DNA of 64,000 nt, taken from assembly GCF_018977255.1 (NCBI RefSeq), contig NW_024704747.1, positions 18,104,001 through 18,168,000 on the forward strand. Reading direction: 5' to 3'. Below, piece by piece: positions 1 through 14,010 of this stretch. Made by a program: the position numbers and the translations under genes. The notes beneath the pieces were generated by a model. It searched no databases. It had not been told where the DNA came from and saw only the letters and a program-made list of their open reading frames with translations. How positions within the stretch are numbered: position 1 is the first letter of the stretch; each line of letters starts with the position of its first letter. This stretch comes from Callorhinchus milii. Taxonomy: Eukaryota.

Positions 1-26
1 CAGTGTGTTTTAATTATGAAGTCAGC

Positions 27-162
27 TGTTCTGACGAAGGGTCGTGGACCCGAAACGTTGACTCACTTTCCTTTCTCCGTAGATGCTGCCTTACCTGCTG
101 AGCATTCCCAGTGACTTCTGTTTTTGTTTCAGATTTCTAGCATCTGCAGTATTTTGCATTTT
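27..162 (+). mobile_element. Penelope-like element terminal repeat fragment with minimal hammerhead ribozyme core
   Basis: CTGACGA(31-37)-A-GGGTC/GACCC stem-GAAAC(52-56)-GTT, followed by ...AGATGCTGCC...TTTCAGATTTCTAGCATCTGCAG. The same repeat recurs at ~7240-7350 and ~23400-23530, with inverted partial copies as typical of Penelope pseudo-LTRs. Confidence 0.65.
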
Positions 163-3100
163 GCTCAGCCTAATATATCGCTGTATCAAAAGTAACTTAG
201 GATGAGTTTGAGGTAGGTAAGATAAGCAGTAATTGGAAACTGAAGGATTTTGTGTCTGAAAGAAGGGAATAATTGCAATGTCCAGATGTGTAGTAACCTT
301 TGTGGTGTTTGACGAGTTTCGTGTGTAAATCAACACGAGGAACACATTATGAAATGTCGTGACCTTTGTCCTGCATTTTCTTAAATATAAAAGAAGAAAA
401 GTCAACTTTGGTCATTCATTTAATATCGGGCTTTAGGGTTTCTAATGGGTTGAACTTTGGGAGTCAGATGGTTTGTGTGTGCTCCAGCATTGACTTGAGT
501 AAAAGTATTATCTGATCTTGAAGTCGCCGTTCCTCTGATGTAAGAAATAGTTGGTTTAAGATTTTCTCAACCCGTATGAGCTATTGCCTTTGGCTTACTA
601 TTGTACCCTGCTGGTTTTTTACACAATAAATGCAATTTGAGAAGGCAAAGAATCAAATGATGACTTCAGAAAGCATTGCTTCATTTGCCCAACTTCATCT
701 TCCTCTCGATCATCTGCTTGGGCTTTTCAACCAGCTGTTGTCCATATGCCTTATGGTGCAATGTACTAAACCTTTTCTTTCAATCCCAGGCCAAGCCCAG
801 AGGGAACAGATATGGGGACACTCATCCCTCTATCAACCCACATAAGTTTCAGGCTCTTAATGCTTTCATTTAGTCATTACTCCAGAGTACTTGAGCTTTG
901 CTCGTATTCTTCCCAGCTCCATTACTCTTCCCAAGTTTTGGGAAACTTCCAACCATCCAGTTCTGCTTGAAATAATGCATCATTTTCTACTTGTTAGTGA
1001 TTCTGATTTATAATAGTAATAATTCTTGCATTTGATATAGTGACTTATCATGTCATTGGGATGTATCAAAACACTTCACAGAATATACTGTAAAGTGAAT
1101 TGACTGTACATTTTGTGGGTGACACTGCACACCTCTCCTCAAAGTGCATTGGCTTACTTCTCCTTCTTCCTAGGTACAGTCTCACTGATGCCTGTATACA
1201 ATGCTCAAGTGACTATCATTAACATATGAGCCATGGCAATGAGTATTTCTAGCCTATTCAGTATGAGTGCCCAATCTTGTCCTCGCCCACCATCTACCCA
1301 TCCTCTTCCAGTAAGGGCCACGAGTTAGTAATCAGGTGTAGTAATCCTGATTTGGTCCTCCTCCCCTCTGTAAGCCAAGGACACTGAAGTCCATTGGATC
1401 ACCGATTGCTACCTGCAGTTAAGGACAACATAGGAATAATAAGTGACAGACCTCAAGCATCCGTTGCACCCCGATCAGGAGACTGATAAGTTAGCACAAG
1501 GAAACACAAGAGAGGGTAAACCTGTCAGAATTCACTTAAATAAATCTAGGGTGTCCCACAGAGCTGGCGAACAGAGCTGAAGAACGAAAAGAAAGTTCTT
1601 GGTCAATTTATCCTCTTGCTTTGCAAAAGGAAGTGATTATCAAACAACATCTTTGGGAGGCATAATCACAATGTTTAAAGTTCCTGAAAACACAAGATAT
1701 AAGACTCTCACCACAATCCTTTAGAGCATGGCTCTGAGCAAGACTTCAGCCACAAGCAAATGGAAAAGGAATCAAAGCAACAACTTCAGAAGAGTATCCA
1801 GCTGAGTCAGACAGGGTGAAAACTGCAAGCATTGGCTGTCTGTTTGAACAATAATAATTTATATTTATAGATACCTGAACATCGGGGCGGTGTTGGGGGT
1901 GGGGGGTGGGGAGATGTCCTAAGGTGCTTTATACATTAGTCTGGACACTGGGGAGCTGAGGAGAATAGAGGCAGGAGAGCTGACGATTGAAGGATAGACC
2001 AAACTGGAACAGATTGCCAGGAAGGGTAGTTAAGGACAGGAAAACAAGGCCATAGGACTTGGTTTTTTTTTAAAAAAAGCAGCTCATTGCTGTAGTGGGA
2101 GGATGAGTATTTTGGAAGGTTGAGATCAAATAGGCCAAAGGGCCTTGTACATTCAAACCTCTCTAATGATCTTGTGAGTGCAGAATCCTTGCTTCAATCA
2201 CCCTTCCTGGTAACTCTGTTCCAGTTGTTAATTGCCCTCAGTGTAAAGTGTAACTAAAAGCTTCATAGTCCTTCCTCTCCTTAAAGCACATTGACTTAGT
2301 TCTCTTATGCCTTGGGATGGTTCCATTGATGCCAGTTGCACTGGGTATTCTGCTCATGTGACTATTATTAACATGTGAGCCATGACAATGAGTGCTGCCA
2401 GGCTGTTCAACTTTAGTGCTTGATCTTGTCCTTAGCCAGCCTCTACTTATACCTACCTTCTTGACAAACTGTCCTAAAATTGCCCTTGGCAACCCAGAAA
2501 CTGTCCACTTGTTCTGCTGCCTTGGCACATATGAAAGTATTGTTCTAAATTTGACTTTTCAAGCTCATTTATAATCTTGCACAACTCTATAAAGTTCCCT
2601 CTGCAACGTCTCGTTCTCAAAGTCAAATGCAGAAATAATAAAGTTCATTGATTTCTTTCATATAAAAGAGGTCAGACATGGAAGAGACCTTTGGAATGCA
2701 GAGATTTCGGTTCACTCCCTAACTAGATCCAGACATGCCCTGCAGAGTTTATTTCGAAAGCTCTGCAAGATATTCAATGCATGCTACCTCTGCTTCAGTT
2801 TTGCAATACTGCTGTCAGACTCAGTGTTCCTGAGGAACATTTAGAGATTCTGGCACTGAGGAAAAATAGAGATTTATAGCCTCCTCAAGCAGACTTGAGA
2901 AAGCTTTAAATCAGATCAGATTGGCAATGCCATTCCCTCTTCTGACAGTGACGATACCAATCTATTTTGGGGTTTAATTTTCATTGCTTCTTAATTGCAC
3001 ATTTAATAAGGTGTGTCCTTTTGGGTAGAGAGTGTGCAACACATACCTGACAAATTTCAACCATATGTGGAACTCTCAGTAGTTCAATGTGAGGATTCTT

Positions 3101-3390
3101 AACTATGGTGTTGAGTCATCACATGTTTCTCTCTCACCCCCACAATAAAACTCTTTCCAGTAACTGGATGTACATCATGCCAGTCCATAGGAACTTTTCT
3201 TCAATTCGATCCACTTCCAGAACAGAGCAGGTCAACAGGATTCTTTATTCCTTCAAGAGGACTGAAACCTTTTTAGTCTCAGCCAGGGATGGTAATGCTT
3301 AACATCTGAAGTAAGAAAAGTACCCCAAAAGGGATGTAAGAAAAACAGTATAAGAAGCAAATTTAAACCTTGTCTCTTTGTGTGTTCCAG

Positions 3391-3830
3391 GTATCAGCCT
3401 GGCTCAGTTGATAGCACTCTAAACTATGATTCAGAAGGTTTTGGTTCAAGCACCATGGCAGTACTTTAAACTAATTTAGTTGAGGCTGGTACGCCAATGA
3501 GGCACTGGGGAACAATTTTTACTGTGAAGTGAGGTGCTGGGGGTGGGGTTTTGCATTGTCAGAGGTGCCATCCTTCAGATGAGATGTTAAACTGAGGTCC
3601 TGTCTGCCTGTTTGGGTGAATGTTAAATACCCCACAACATTATTTGAAAAGAGAAGGGAGTTTCTCCTGGTGTCCTGGGCAACAATTCCCCAAGTAAAAA
3701 TTGGTTGTTCAATTTATGGCTGTTTCAGGGACGTTGCTGTGCACACATTGGTTGCTCCATTCACCTACAACATACACAGTCACAGTATTTTACAAGAATC
3801 CTGTGAGTGCAAGTTATTATCCTAGATGTA
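3391..3830 (+). mobile_element. tRNA-headed Deu-domain SINE (SacSINE1/AmnSINE-like)
   Basis: A-box head CCTGGCTCAGTTGATAGC and B-box-like GGTTCAAGC. Central GGTGCCATCCTTCAGATGAGATGTTAAACTGAGGTCCTG...GGTGTCCTGG resembles the Deu domain. More than 15 copies in the window. Confidence 0.7.
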
Positions 3831-6800
3831 CTATGTGTGTGTGCTCCCCCACCAACCTATAATGCTGTGGAAAGTCTTGTAGGTCGTGATATTACTCCTG
3901 CAGGTCTAGAGCATAGTAGGGCACGTATTGTACAAAGCGCTTCCAGCAAAGACCTTCCGCAGTGCATTTACCTCCAGGGCAACAGCCAAGATCCCATTAA
4001 GGGTACCTCAAGTGGGAATGACTGTAAAACTATAATCTTGTAATTACAATACTAATAGCTTTGTAACTGCATTGCATTACATTATGACTGAATGTTCTAT
4101 CACCACTGTAATTGGGCAATGATCAATTCCACATGGTAAATTTTTCTTGTAAATTACTCTGTGTTAAGGGAAAGATTGGCTTGCCCGATAAAGCAGATGT
4201 GATCTAAAGCAGCTAATCTGCACACAGCGTTTTTCCACTAACAGCCACAAAGTGAATTATCATTTTTTTATCTGGAGGATGGTTGGCCAGGACATTGCGA
4301 GAAACTCGTTTTTCAATGGAGCCATGGGATTTTTAACACCCACATGAACAGGCAACCCGGACCTCGGTTTAACATTTCGCCTGAAGGACAAAACCCCTGA
4401 CAATACAACACTCCTCCAGGACTACATTAGAGGGTCAGCCTAGATGAACTCAAAAGTCTCGACGTGGGGCTTGATTTTAGATGAGTTCTAACACTCACAA
4501 CTACACTGACGTTACAAGGGATTTGTGAGATGTCTTAAGCAGAAGCCTGACTTGCAAATGAGGATTCATTCCCATTGCTGCTTGTTGGGGGAAGGGGGGC
4601 TGAGTGGGGTGGGGGGGCAGAATCACTAGGGCCTGTGGGATGAGAACCCAGAATGCGTCCTCTTGTTCTGCTGCCGTGGCCCAGGAAAAAAATTCAATCA
4701 CATTTGTGTCACATCAAATCCTTGGTCAGTACTGACCGTGATATAAAATGGATAAATTCAGTGAGATTAACATTGACAGAGTTCAGTATTAATTGTTCCA
4801 GCAGCTCGTGCCCACCAACCGTGGAGGGTGGACCACCGCAGTGCCCCAGATTTTGTTCTATTTCTAATTACAGTACACGACAAGAAACACACACTGCAAT
4901 ATTTTTCCAGGTGGTTTTTCCCCTGGTCCCTGGACAGATTCGAAACCCAGTCATTTACAGTAAAGTCATCTGGTCAGAGTCCCAAACTGCAGTTTTTTTC
5001 AAAATGTTTGCAAGCAATAGTTCCAAGGGGAGGTCAAATTGTAATAGGAAATCATTATTAAGCAGTGCTCAGTGTGCCAGGGTCAAAACTAGCCAGATTA
5101 TTAACGTTGTGAATACAATAATTATTATTTAAGATCCTTCCACTTTTGTTTTCCTCATTCATTTCTGGACTATTCTGGCACTGCTTAAAATGATAATAAC
5201 AATTCTGTTTATCCAGTGATGTTTTTCATATTCTCTGCTCCAGGGTATTACTATAAAAGGAATAATTCATAATCCTTAAATTTGATAATGCAGCTTTCAC
5301 GTCAGGAAGTTGCCTCAAAGCACTTCAGATGTTATATTGTAAAGGGTAGCTCAGAGACTCCGCCCCACATGAAGGGCACTTTGTAAATGCAAGTTGTTGT
5401 TGTTGATTCTGTGGGTGAATGTGGCAGCCAATTTTGGCATAATACAAAAAACCATGAAGTAAATGCCCGATTTTTCTATTTGTGGGGATTGTGTCATACC
5501 AGGACACTGGGAAAAACTCTTCCCAAATAGTACCATGGGATCATGGTTTTAATATGTCATCTGAACCATTGACAATGCAATGCTTTCCCCCAGCACTGAC
5601 ATGGCAATAACAAGGCAACTTTCAACTTGATTTTTCTCATGTAAAATGTGTACACGTGTAACCAATGCTACAGAGGCCAATAAAAATGGAATGCACTGAC
5701 ATCCTGACACAGGAAAGTCTCCAGAAATGGCTAAACCTTGTACTTTTCTTTCACTCGTTCCCCTCCACCCCACATCCAGCACTGGCCAGAAATGTGACAT
5801 AATCCAGATGTGAGCCATGCAGAGACTAAAATATAAGTGTGTGTGTGTAGTGTATCTGACCAAGCAGCTGGCTCGCATTATTTTTCCCTCCACATTTCAT
5901 TGGTTCGGGTTTCTGGTAGTTGCTGAGTTACTGGGATACTGGAATATCCTTTGTACAGCCACTGGGGCCAGTTTACTTTTACATTTGTGGGGATGGGATG
6001 CTCGTGCTGAAACCTGTCCAGCAATACAACACAATTCATTGGACAGTCCAGGGATTGCACCTGAGCTGAGGGTGGGGGCTGGGGTTGATGGTGAGTGGGG
6101 GCTGATGATCCTGACGTGTGGTATGCTGAACTGCACAAGACCAACAGTGTACGGAGGAGAAATGGTCAGATTCTCCACTACATATATAAGCCATATGTAG
6201 TTTTGGGACGACATTGTGTACAAATTAGCTACCACATTCACCCACCAATACAGAGACACTACGTTGCACAGTATATCCTGTGAAGCACTTTGAGACATCC
6301 TCTTGCGGTGAAAGGCGTTATATCAAATGCAACGGATATTATCATTATTAATAATCTCCCCCAACACCCTATATACAGCCATTCACCTCCTGGTGTCCTG
6401 GTCAGTAATACCCCAGATAAAATTGATCATCTGTTTCATAGCTATTGTAGGACATTGCTGTGTGCATACAGGCTGCCACATTCACCCACAAAACACACAG
6501 TCACTTCACTTTACAGTATATATCCTGTGAAGCACTTCATGTGAAAGGCACTATATCAAATGTGTCTTTATTTTGAATAATAAATATACAGTCGACACAC
6601 TTTGTAGTATATCCTGTAAAATGCTTTGAGATATTTTGACGAAGTGATAAGTCACATCAAATTCAGTAATGGTATACACCCACAAGAAGACACACCCATA
6701 TGGCCACCTATGTGTGTTGAGTGCCCACCAAAATGCCACTAGCCATGAACAGGAGGAGTTGGTATGAGCTGGTCTAGTCTAACACTACAGCTGGAGAACA

Positions 6801-7188
6801 GAGAGGTTAGACCTTACTATAAACTATTGATGGTTTTCCAAAAAAACGTTCTGGATTCAATTTACTGTATTTCCTGTAAATAGAAATAGATTGTTGCCTC
6901 TGATGTGAACAGAATGCAAAAGATTATATCTAAATGTAAGTGCCTGGTTCGAATCAACATTGGGTGGCTATTGGAGCACAACAGTTCAGACTAGAAGACT
7001 ACTGAGACCAAATAATGCTTTAAAAACTTCTTCTATTTAATATAATGCATTATGATGTCAAAACATCTTAAAGCACTTCACGGAGTTTTCCTCAAAGATT
7101 AGTGACTGTGCATTTTGTATGTGCACTGGTCAACATTCTCTCAGATGGGGAGGAGGTAGTCATTCACGTCATGGATGTTGAGGGACAT

Positions 7189-7352
7189 GGAGAAAGGAAA
7201 GTGAGTCAACATTTCGGGTTCATGACCCGTCATCAGTTCTGACCCGAAACGTTGACTCACTTTCCTTTCTCCTTAGATGCTGCCTGACCTGCTGGGTGTT
7301 CCCAACGACTTCTGTTTTTGTTTTCAGATTTCCAGCATCTGAAGTATTTTGT
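7189..7352. mobile_element. Penelope-like terminal repeat with inverted partial copy
   Basis: GGAGAAAGGAAAGTGAGTCAACATTTCGGGT (7189-7219) is the near-perfect reverse complement of ACCCGAAACGTTGACTCACTTTCCTTTCTCC (7242-7272). The body matches 27-162. Confidence 0.7.
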
Positions 7353-7618
7353 GTTTCGGCAAAATCTGTGCGATGTATTGACATGATAAGGCGCTGTGTC
7401 AAATGCTAGAATTATTTATTTCTATTTGTTAGCATTGGGAGTTTATGCAGAATTGTGACTACCAACTCCTCAATGACTCCGGCTGAGTGACTTTGGTGTG
7501 TTCACAGCATCAGATAATGCTGGTTTGGTCAAAAATCTAACCTTAACCCTTTCCCAACACCACTCTTTCCTTCCCTCCCCCCACCCCCAAAACAAAATAC
7601 TCTTAAAAAAAAACCTTA

Positions 7619-7900
7619 GTTGTCCTGTAGCTCAGTGGTAAGAGCACTCGTCTCACAAGCGAGAGAACTGGGTTCGATTTCTGGCAGGACAAAACCTTGG
7701 GCAAGTTTCCTTTCTCCACACGCCTGATAATAATCCTTAAAAAAAATTGATCACTTCAATCCCCGACTATTTGTGGGACACTGCTGTGCACAATTGGCTG
7801 CCGCGTTTCGCCCACAAATATACAGTCTATTCTGTGAAGAGCTTTCAGACGTCTAGAAGACGTGAAGACGCTATATCAAATGCAAGGATTATTATTATTA
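7619..7900 (+). mobile_element. tRNA(Ala-like)-headed SINE, family 2
   Basis: GTAGCTCAGTGGTAAGAGCACTCG...GGTTCGATT head, CCTTGGGCAAGTTTCC middle, 3' half and (ATT)n tail shared with the Deu-SINE. Confidence 0.75.
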
Positions 7901-8249
7901 AAGAAATACGCTCGCTACAAACACAGAACAGGATACGTAATGAAAATATTATGAATAAATATTTATTTTTGGAGTCTTTGGACGAATGGCAGATTGATGT
8001 GTTTCTCTGCTCTCAAGACATCTGGCCTCTTTAGACATTTCTCTCAGTGTATATCATTAGATAAATCCCATAAATGACTTAAATTTATTTTTTATGCTCT
8101 CTCCATGGGAATCATTAGCGTGTAATAGATTGCTCGCTGTGCAAATTCTACGTGATTTAAAAATAACTTTCAAAAACGTTTCAGCAAGCACCTGTAAACG
8201 TTGAAACATCTTAATGTTGTTCTCAGGTAATTGTTCTCAAGTGTAGACA

Positions 8250-8840
8250 CTGTCCATCTGAACAGGCAAACGGGACCTTGGTTTAATGTTTTATTCAAAG
8301 GACAGCGCCTCTGACAATGCAGCACAGCCCCAACACTGCACTGGAGTGGCGGCTCAGATAACGTTTCCATGTGTGGCTTGAACCCACAAACTTCCCACTT
8401 GGAGGAATGCAAGCTACCAACACAGTCAGGTCGTCACTGCTTTCTTTTACGTAAGCCCCATATTGAGTCAGGTTTGTGGATTCAAGCCCCCATGTCAGGA
8501 CTTGAACTCACTGTGTAAGCTGACACTCCAATACAGTGATGGATAACGTTGCATTGTCGGAGATACCGTCCTTCGCATGAGTTATAAACCAAGGTCCTGT
8601 CCGCATGTTCAGGTGGACATTAAAGATCCCACACCACTATTTGAGAAGAGAAGTTTCTCCTGCCAACAATCCGATAGATAAAATTGGTCATTTATTTTAT
8701 TGCTGTTTGTGGGACATTGCTGTGCACAAATCAGCTGCCACGTTTCCTTAGAAGATGCACTTCACAATAAAATCCTGTGAAGCATTTTGAGACTCCTCCC
8801 ATTGTGAAAGGCGCTATATGAAATGCATGGATTATTATTG
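8250..8840. mobile_element. Head-to-head pair of Deu-SINE copies (minus ~8250-8430, plus ~8450-8840)
   Basis: Reverse-complement Deu segment followed by a forward copy ending GGCGCTATATGAAATGCATGGATTATTATT. Confidence 0.6.
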
Positions 8841-10881
8841 TTTGTTTGATGGGATAGGGATAAAGTCTACTGGTTTGGATACTATTATTTGGGTACAGTT
8901 GTCTGTGATTGACAGAGAAATAGATATACTGACCAGCTGGACCTTTAAAGAATGTGACCATATCTCACCCACTGTAAATCGGGGAATGTGACTTTTCTGA
9001 AGTTCTTAAGGACTCCAAGATGCTACCCCAAGGGAAGGGTGCTATATGAATGCAAGTTGTTGTTGCAAAAAAACCTCCAAATTAAGTTTCCATAAATCTG
9101 CACAAGACAATCTTAAATTTTAAGAAGACATGAAATATCAGGCCTCGGGACTGTCTAAAAATTAAATTATCTGTGAAAATGAGCCAAATGACAGCAATGA
9201 GGGAGGACGAAACTTTGGGCAAGTTTCCTTACTCCACACGCCTAATAATAATCCCTCCAAAACAAAAATAAATTGGTCATTTTCAATCCACAACTGTTTG
9301 TGGGACACTGCTGTGCGCAATGGGCTGCCGCATTTCGCCCACAAATATACGGTCAACTCACTTTACAGTCTATTCTGTGAAGCGCTTTGAGACGTCGAGA
9401 AGACGTGAAAAGCGCTATATCAAATGCAAGGATTATTATTATCATTGTAATTGTTTGCAGGGTGTCATCCTTCTCACAGCAGTAAATGTTGTTTCAAAAT
9501 GTTCTGCGGAAAATATTTTTTGGCAAGGTTTTGATCTGCATGGTTTTCGTGTGAGTCAGACTCCTCATAGATTACTTTTATTAATAAACTGCGGCTGGCT
9601 GCATTTGTCTTGAGTCTAAACTTCCTCCATATGTGCTCTGTTAAACGCTGAATGTTGAGCAATTTGTAAAGATGTGCTCGGGGTGCATGTGTGGGATTGG
9701 GGTGGGGAGGTTGTTTGGACAAGCTGTGTGTGTCCGTTACTGCTGAATTAAAGTAGGCTGGGCTGTACGAGAGGCTTGTGATCGCTGGGGCAATGGTAAG
9801 CTGGAAAAAACAAAAATTATTTTATTTAACAATACAAACTTATGTTTATATAGCGGCTTTTGTATTGGGAGGCACATCTCAAGGCACTTAACAATACTGG
9901 CTTGGCACCCGAGCTAAGTTATATAAGTTGTAACTTGGATGCTTTAAGATCCTCGTTCTAGCTTTCAGATGCCTCCACTCTCTTCACCCATTCTCGCTCT
10001 GGGATCTGCTACGGTCCTACTTACCCAATCCCACCCATTGCTCATTCCCTTCTTCCACTCTGCCAAGACTGGTCTGCTCCACATCCTCAGCTCGAACATT
10101 GGTGAACAAATGTTTAACCGTTTTGTCTCTGATCTCTGCAACGTGAAAGGCACTTTATCAAATGGAAGGATTATTATTATTTCTGCATAGGCAGTCAGAA
10201 CGATATCATTATAGAAGAGAAAACCAAGGCAGTGCAACATATACAAGACGCTATAAAGCTTTTGGCCACATCTTGACTAGTAATGGTGGCTTGAATAGAG
10301 TGAGGTGATCCACAATGTTCAGAAACCCATGGTACTCCACCATTTGACTTTCAGAGGGTATTCCAAGTTCCCACCATGTTGTGAATGGAGTAAATTGTAT
10401 AAGAAATCCAAGCCAAGGAGATGGTGAGTCAGTGTTAGTAAAAGGCTGGAAGAGTAATGGGAAACTTAATAACTTCCCAATTTAATAAGGGAAAACTTTG
10501 CAATCATGGAAAGGCCCATGCTTTATATGGCACAGTGGCATCCACTGTTCAGAAGGCTCATGTCAAAATGCTCTTTGGAAGCACTCCATGTGCGTCCGAG
10601 ACAAAGATTCTGTACCACACCCCACATAATAACTCAAAGGACCACATTTAGGAGTGATGTCACTCTCTTCTTGGACCTGAATGAAACAAGTCTCTCAATC
10701 CTGAAGTGTTAACATCCATGTCAATGTTGCATTTGTTTGGAGCGTCTGAGCAACGGCTGAGCATTTGGAAAATTAGGATTACATCTTCCGATCCATGTAA
10801 ACATTCCATGAGAAGGAGACATTTGTGGACTCTGCAAGTTTCATTGGTAAATATGTATATATATAGGATCACATAATAATA

Positions 10882-11190
10882 AATAATAATCGTTGCATTT
10901 GATATAGCTCTTTTCATGTCTTCTAGATGTCTCAAAGCACTTCACAGTATATACTGTAAAGGGAATTGACTGTATATTTTGTGGTGGAAACACGGCAGCC
11001 AATTGTGCACAGCAATGTCCCATAAACAGTCGTGGATTGAGTGACCAAATTATTATTGGGTTTTTTTCTTGAGAGATTATTATCAGGCGTGTGGAGAAAG
11101 GAAACTTGCCCAAGGTTTCACCCTGCCTGGAATCAAACCCAGACCTCTCGCTTTCGAGGCGAGTGCTCTAAGCACTCAGCTACAGGATTC
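10882..11190 (-). mobile_element. SINE family 2 copy
   Basis: Reverse complement of 7619-7900 and 24947-25260. Confidence 0.75.
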
Positions 11191-13526
11191 TTACATATCT
11201 GCACTTTCTCTATTTCTGACAGTCCCCAGAATTTTCCTACTAATTATTATCCTCGCATTTGATATAATGCCTTAGTACGTAATTGAAAGCGCTTCTCAGT
11301 ATTTGGTGTAGTGACTGTACCATATTCATCATCCCCTCCCCCAAATAAAATTGGAAGAGGGAAGATAACCAAAGGTGCTGTCAAAAGTAAAATTCACAGT
11401 AAAATCCTGTGAAGCGCTTTGAGACGTCTCAGGCAGTATATCCAAGCACACCAAGATACTACCCTCCGGGAACGACAGTATACAAATGCAATTTGTTGTA
11501 GTTGTATATCAAATGCAAAGATAATTATTATTATTTTTACTATTGTCTTGGTGGCTAAGACAGCAGTTAACTTGTTATTGTTTGAAGGGATACAATGAAA
11601 GATTGTATCCCTCATATGCTTTGTAAATCTTTTGAGTTGTGGTATGGTATATTGTAGAACAGAAAGGTTCCAGATCTAGAGCCTGAGACTTAGTTGATCC
11701 AGAGCCCACACTCAGCATGATGGGCAGAATGGCATGTGTCTGGCAATAAAATGTCATTGTTTCGGGGGTGGGGGTGGGGAGAAAGGCAGGGTGAATAAAC
11801 AGAGTTTAAAACACAGTAGCAGACACATTACCAGTTATCGCGCTCATGTATCGAGAGAGCAATGTACTAAAATTTACAAACAAGTTGTGAGTCAATTCGA
11901 AACAATGGGAAATGGTATTCCCCCGATCACTGTAAAGCGAGGTTAACAAAACATTTTTCCTGGAAAGTGAAAGTTGTTCATTGAATTTGAGAGCTGGGGA
12001 GACTAGGCGGCACAAGGTTGCATTCAGCCCATGCTGGTTTCCAACAGGAGCCTTTGATCCGGGTCTACATGTTGTTCAGGTGGTGGTGGGTGGGGGAGGC
12101 TTGGTGCAGTTTGGGCTGTCCTTCTGAAGATTCGTACAAACTTATCTATGGGGAGTTTGAAATGATTCTGCTCTGATCTTTCAAGCTGTAACAACATATA
12201 ATTCTTATATTGAGCAGGTATCCAATTGATTCACAGGATTCGTTGTCAAGTGTAGTGACTGTGTGTTTTGTGAAACAGAGCAGCCATTTGCACGCAGCAA
12301 TGTACCCACAAATAGCCATGAAGTGACCGAGTTAAGCTGGAAGATTGTTGGCCAGGAAAACGGGAGAAACTCCCTTCTCTTTTGAACAGTGCCATGGAAT
12401 CTTTATTGTCCACCTGAACAGGCAGGCAGAACTTTGGTTTAAAGTCTCATCCAAAGTACAGCACCTCTCACAATGCAGCATACATCCAGCACTGCATTGG
12501 AGTGTCAGCTTGAACCAGCCTTTGACTCAGAGGCAAGAGTGCTAGACAGACGCTTGCATCGTCATACCTTGTTATGATCAACCTTTTAAATATCCCACGC
12601 TCCTATCCAAGTCACTCATCTTTCCACCTGCTGGAAAATATTTCCTTTCTTATATTGCATGAGACGTTCCAGCATTGCTATGAAAGTGTTTACAGGGATC
12701 GAAGGCTTCTACTTTTCCATTAATTGGCCTCACCTATCAACAAGGGCCTGCTTATCTACAGAGCGATAGACCACAACCTAAAGCTGGGCGACCGCTTAAC
12801 CTGCGTATTTGACTATTTTTTGCAGGTGAAGTGGCAGCCAATTTGCACGCTGCAATGTCCCACAAGCAGCCAAGCATTGTACCTTGCTTTTACTTACTGG
12901 TAGAGAACAAGATAACTGACCTAAATTGACAGTGGTATTAGTTGTTTTTCAGAAGCTAGAAACAGATGGACAGGATACCATTTGGTTGTTATTTCCCGAA
13001 ATCTGGCTTTAACTCTTGTTGCAACACCAAGAGGATGAGTAGATCCAATCTAGTGAGCTTTTAGTTTTTCACAGTAAAAACTTTAATGCTTAGACCCAAA
13101 TGAGAAGTGAAAGGCCAAGAGAGATTTGAGATGAAGGTCTTACTAATCTGGAACAAAGGTAAGTTTTAGTGTCTCTAAAATTGGCCCTCAATCAACAAGC
13201 TAAACTAGTGGAGCCTTTTATATGTAGGAAAGATGGTGAAAGATATTTATTTAACTGTAACAAGGCCTGGAAATCTCCCAAAGAAATACTGCGTCAAGCC
13301 AGCAAACACTTAGACAGTAGCAATGTCTGCACATACAGAAGGATGTTATTTTCCTATTAAGTAGGTCAAAAAACTCACCCACTTTTTCACAGGGATTTTG
13401 CTTCATGTTGAACCTCCTTTACATATTTCATGTTGTAGCCTCTCTTTCAAAATATTAAGCGTGTTTTTCTCTTTTTCATCCCAACCTTTCCACTACCAGT
13501 GATATCCACTACCTCACCACCGTGTG

Positions 13527-14010
13527 ACAGCCTGGCACTTTTGCCTCTGAGTCAGAAGGTTTGTGGTTTCATGCCCCACTTCAGGACTTTAATTCATGTA
13601 ATCGAAGCTGACACTCCAGTGCAGTGTTGGTGATTCAGAGGTGCCATCCTTTGGATGAGACATTAAACCAAGGTCGTGTCTGGATGTGTGTGTTATTTTT
13701 TGTTAAGTTAGATATCTATCACCATGCTTGAGAGTATCCAAATCAAACTGAGAATTCCATGCATCCCACCTATACATGGTATGGTGGATGTCAAGGATCC
13801 CATGGCACTATTTGAAAAGAGAAGGGAGATCATCCTGGTATCCTGACTGACAATCCCCCAGATAAAATTAATCATTCACTTCATGGCTGGTGTGGGACAC
13901 TGCTATGTGTAAATTGGCTGCTATATTTTGTGTATAGTATATCCTGTGAAGCGCTTTGAGACGTCCTCCTGATGTGAAAGTTGCTGTATAAAATGTAAAT
14001 GTTACTATTA
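13527..14010 (+). mobile_element. Deu-SINE copy
   Basis: tRNA head, Deu core GGTGCCATCCTTTGGATGAGACATTAAACCAAGGTC, and L2-like tail GTGAAGCGCTTTGAGACGTCCTCCTGATGTGAAAG. Confidence 0.65.
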
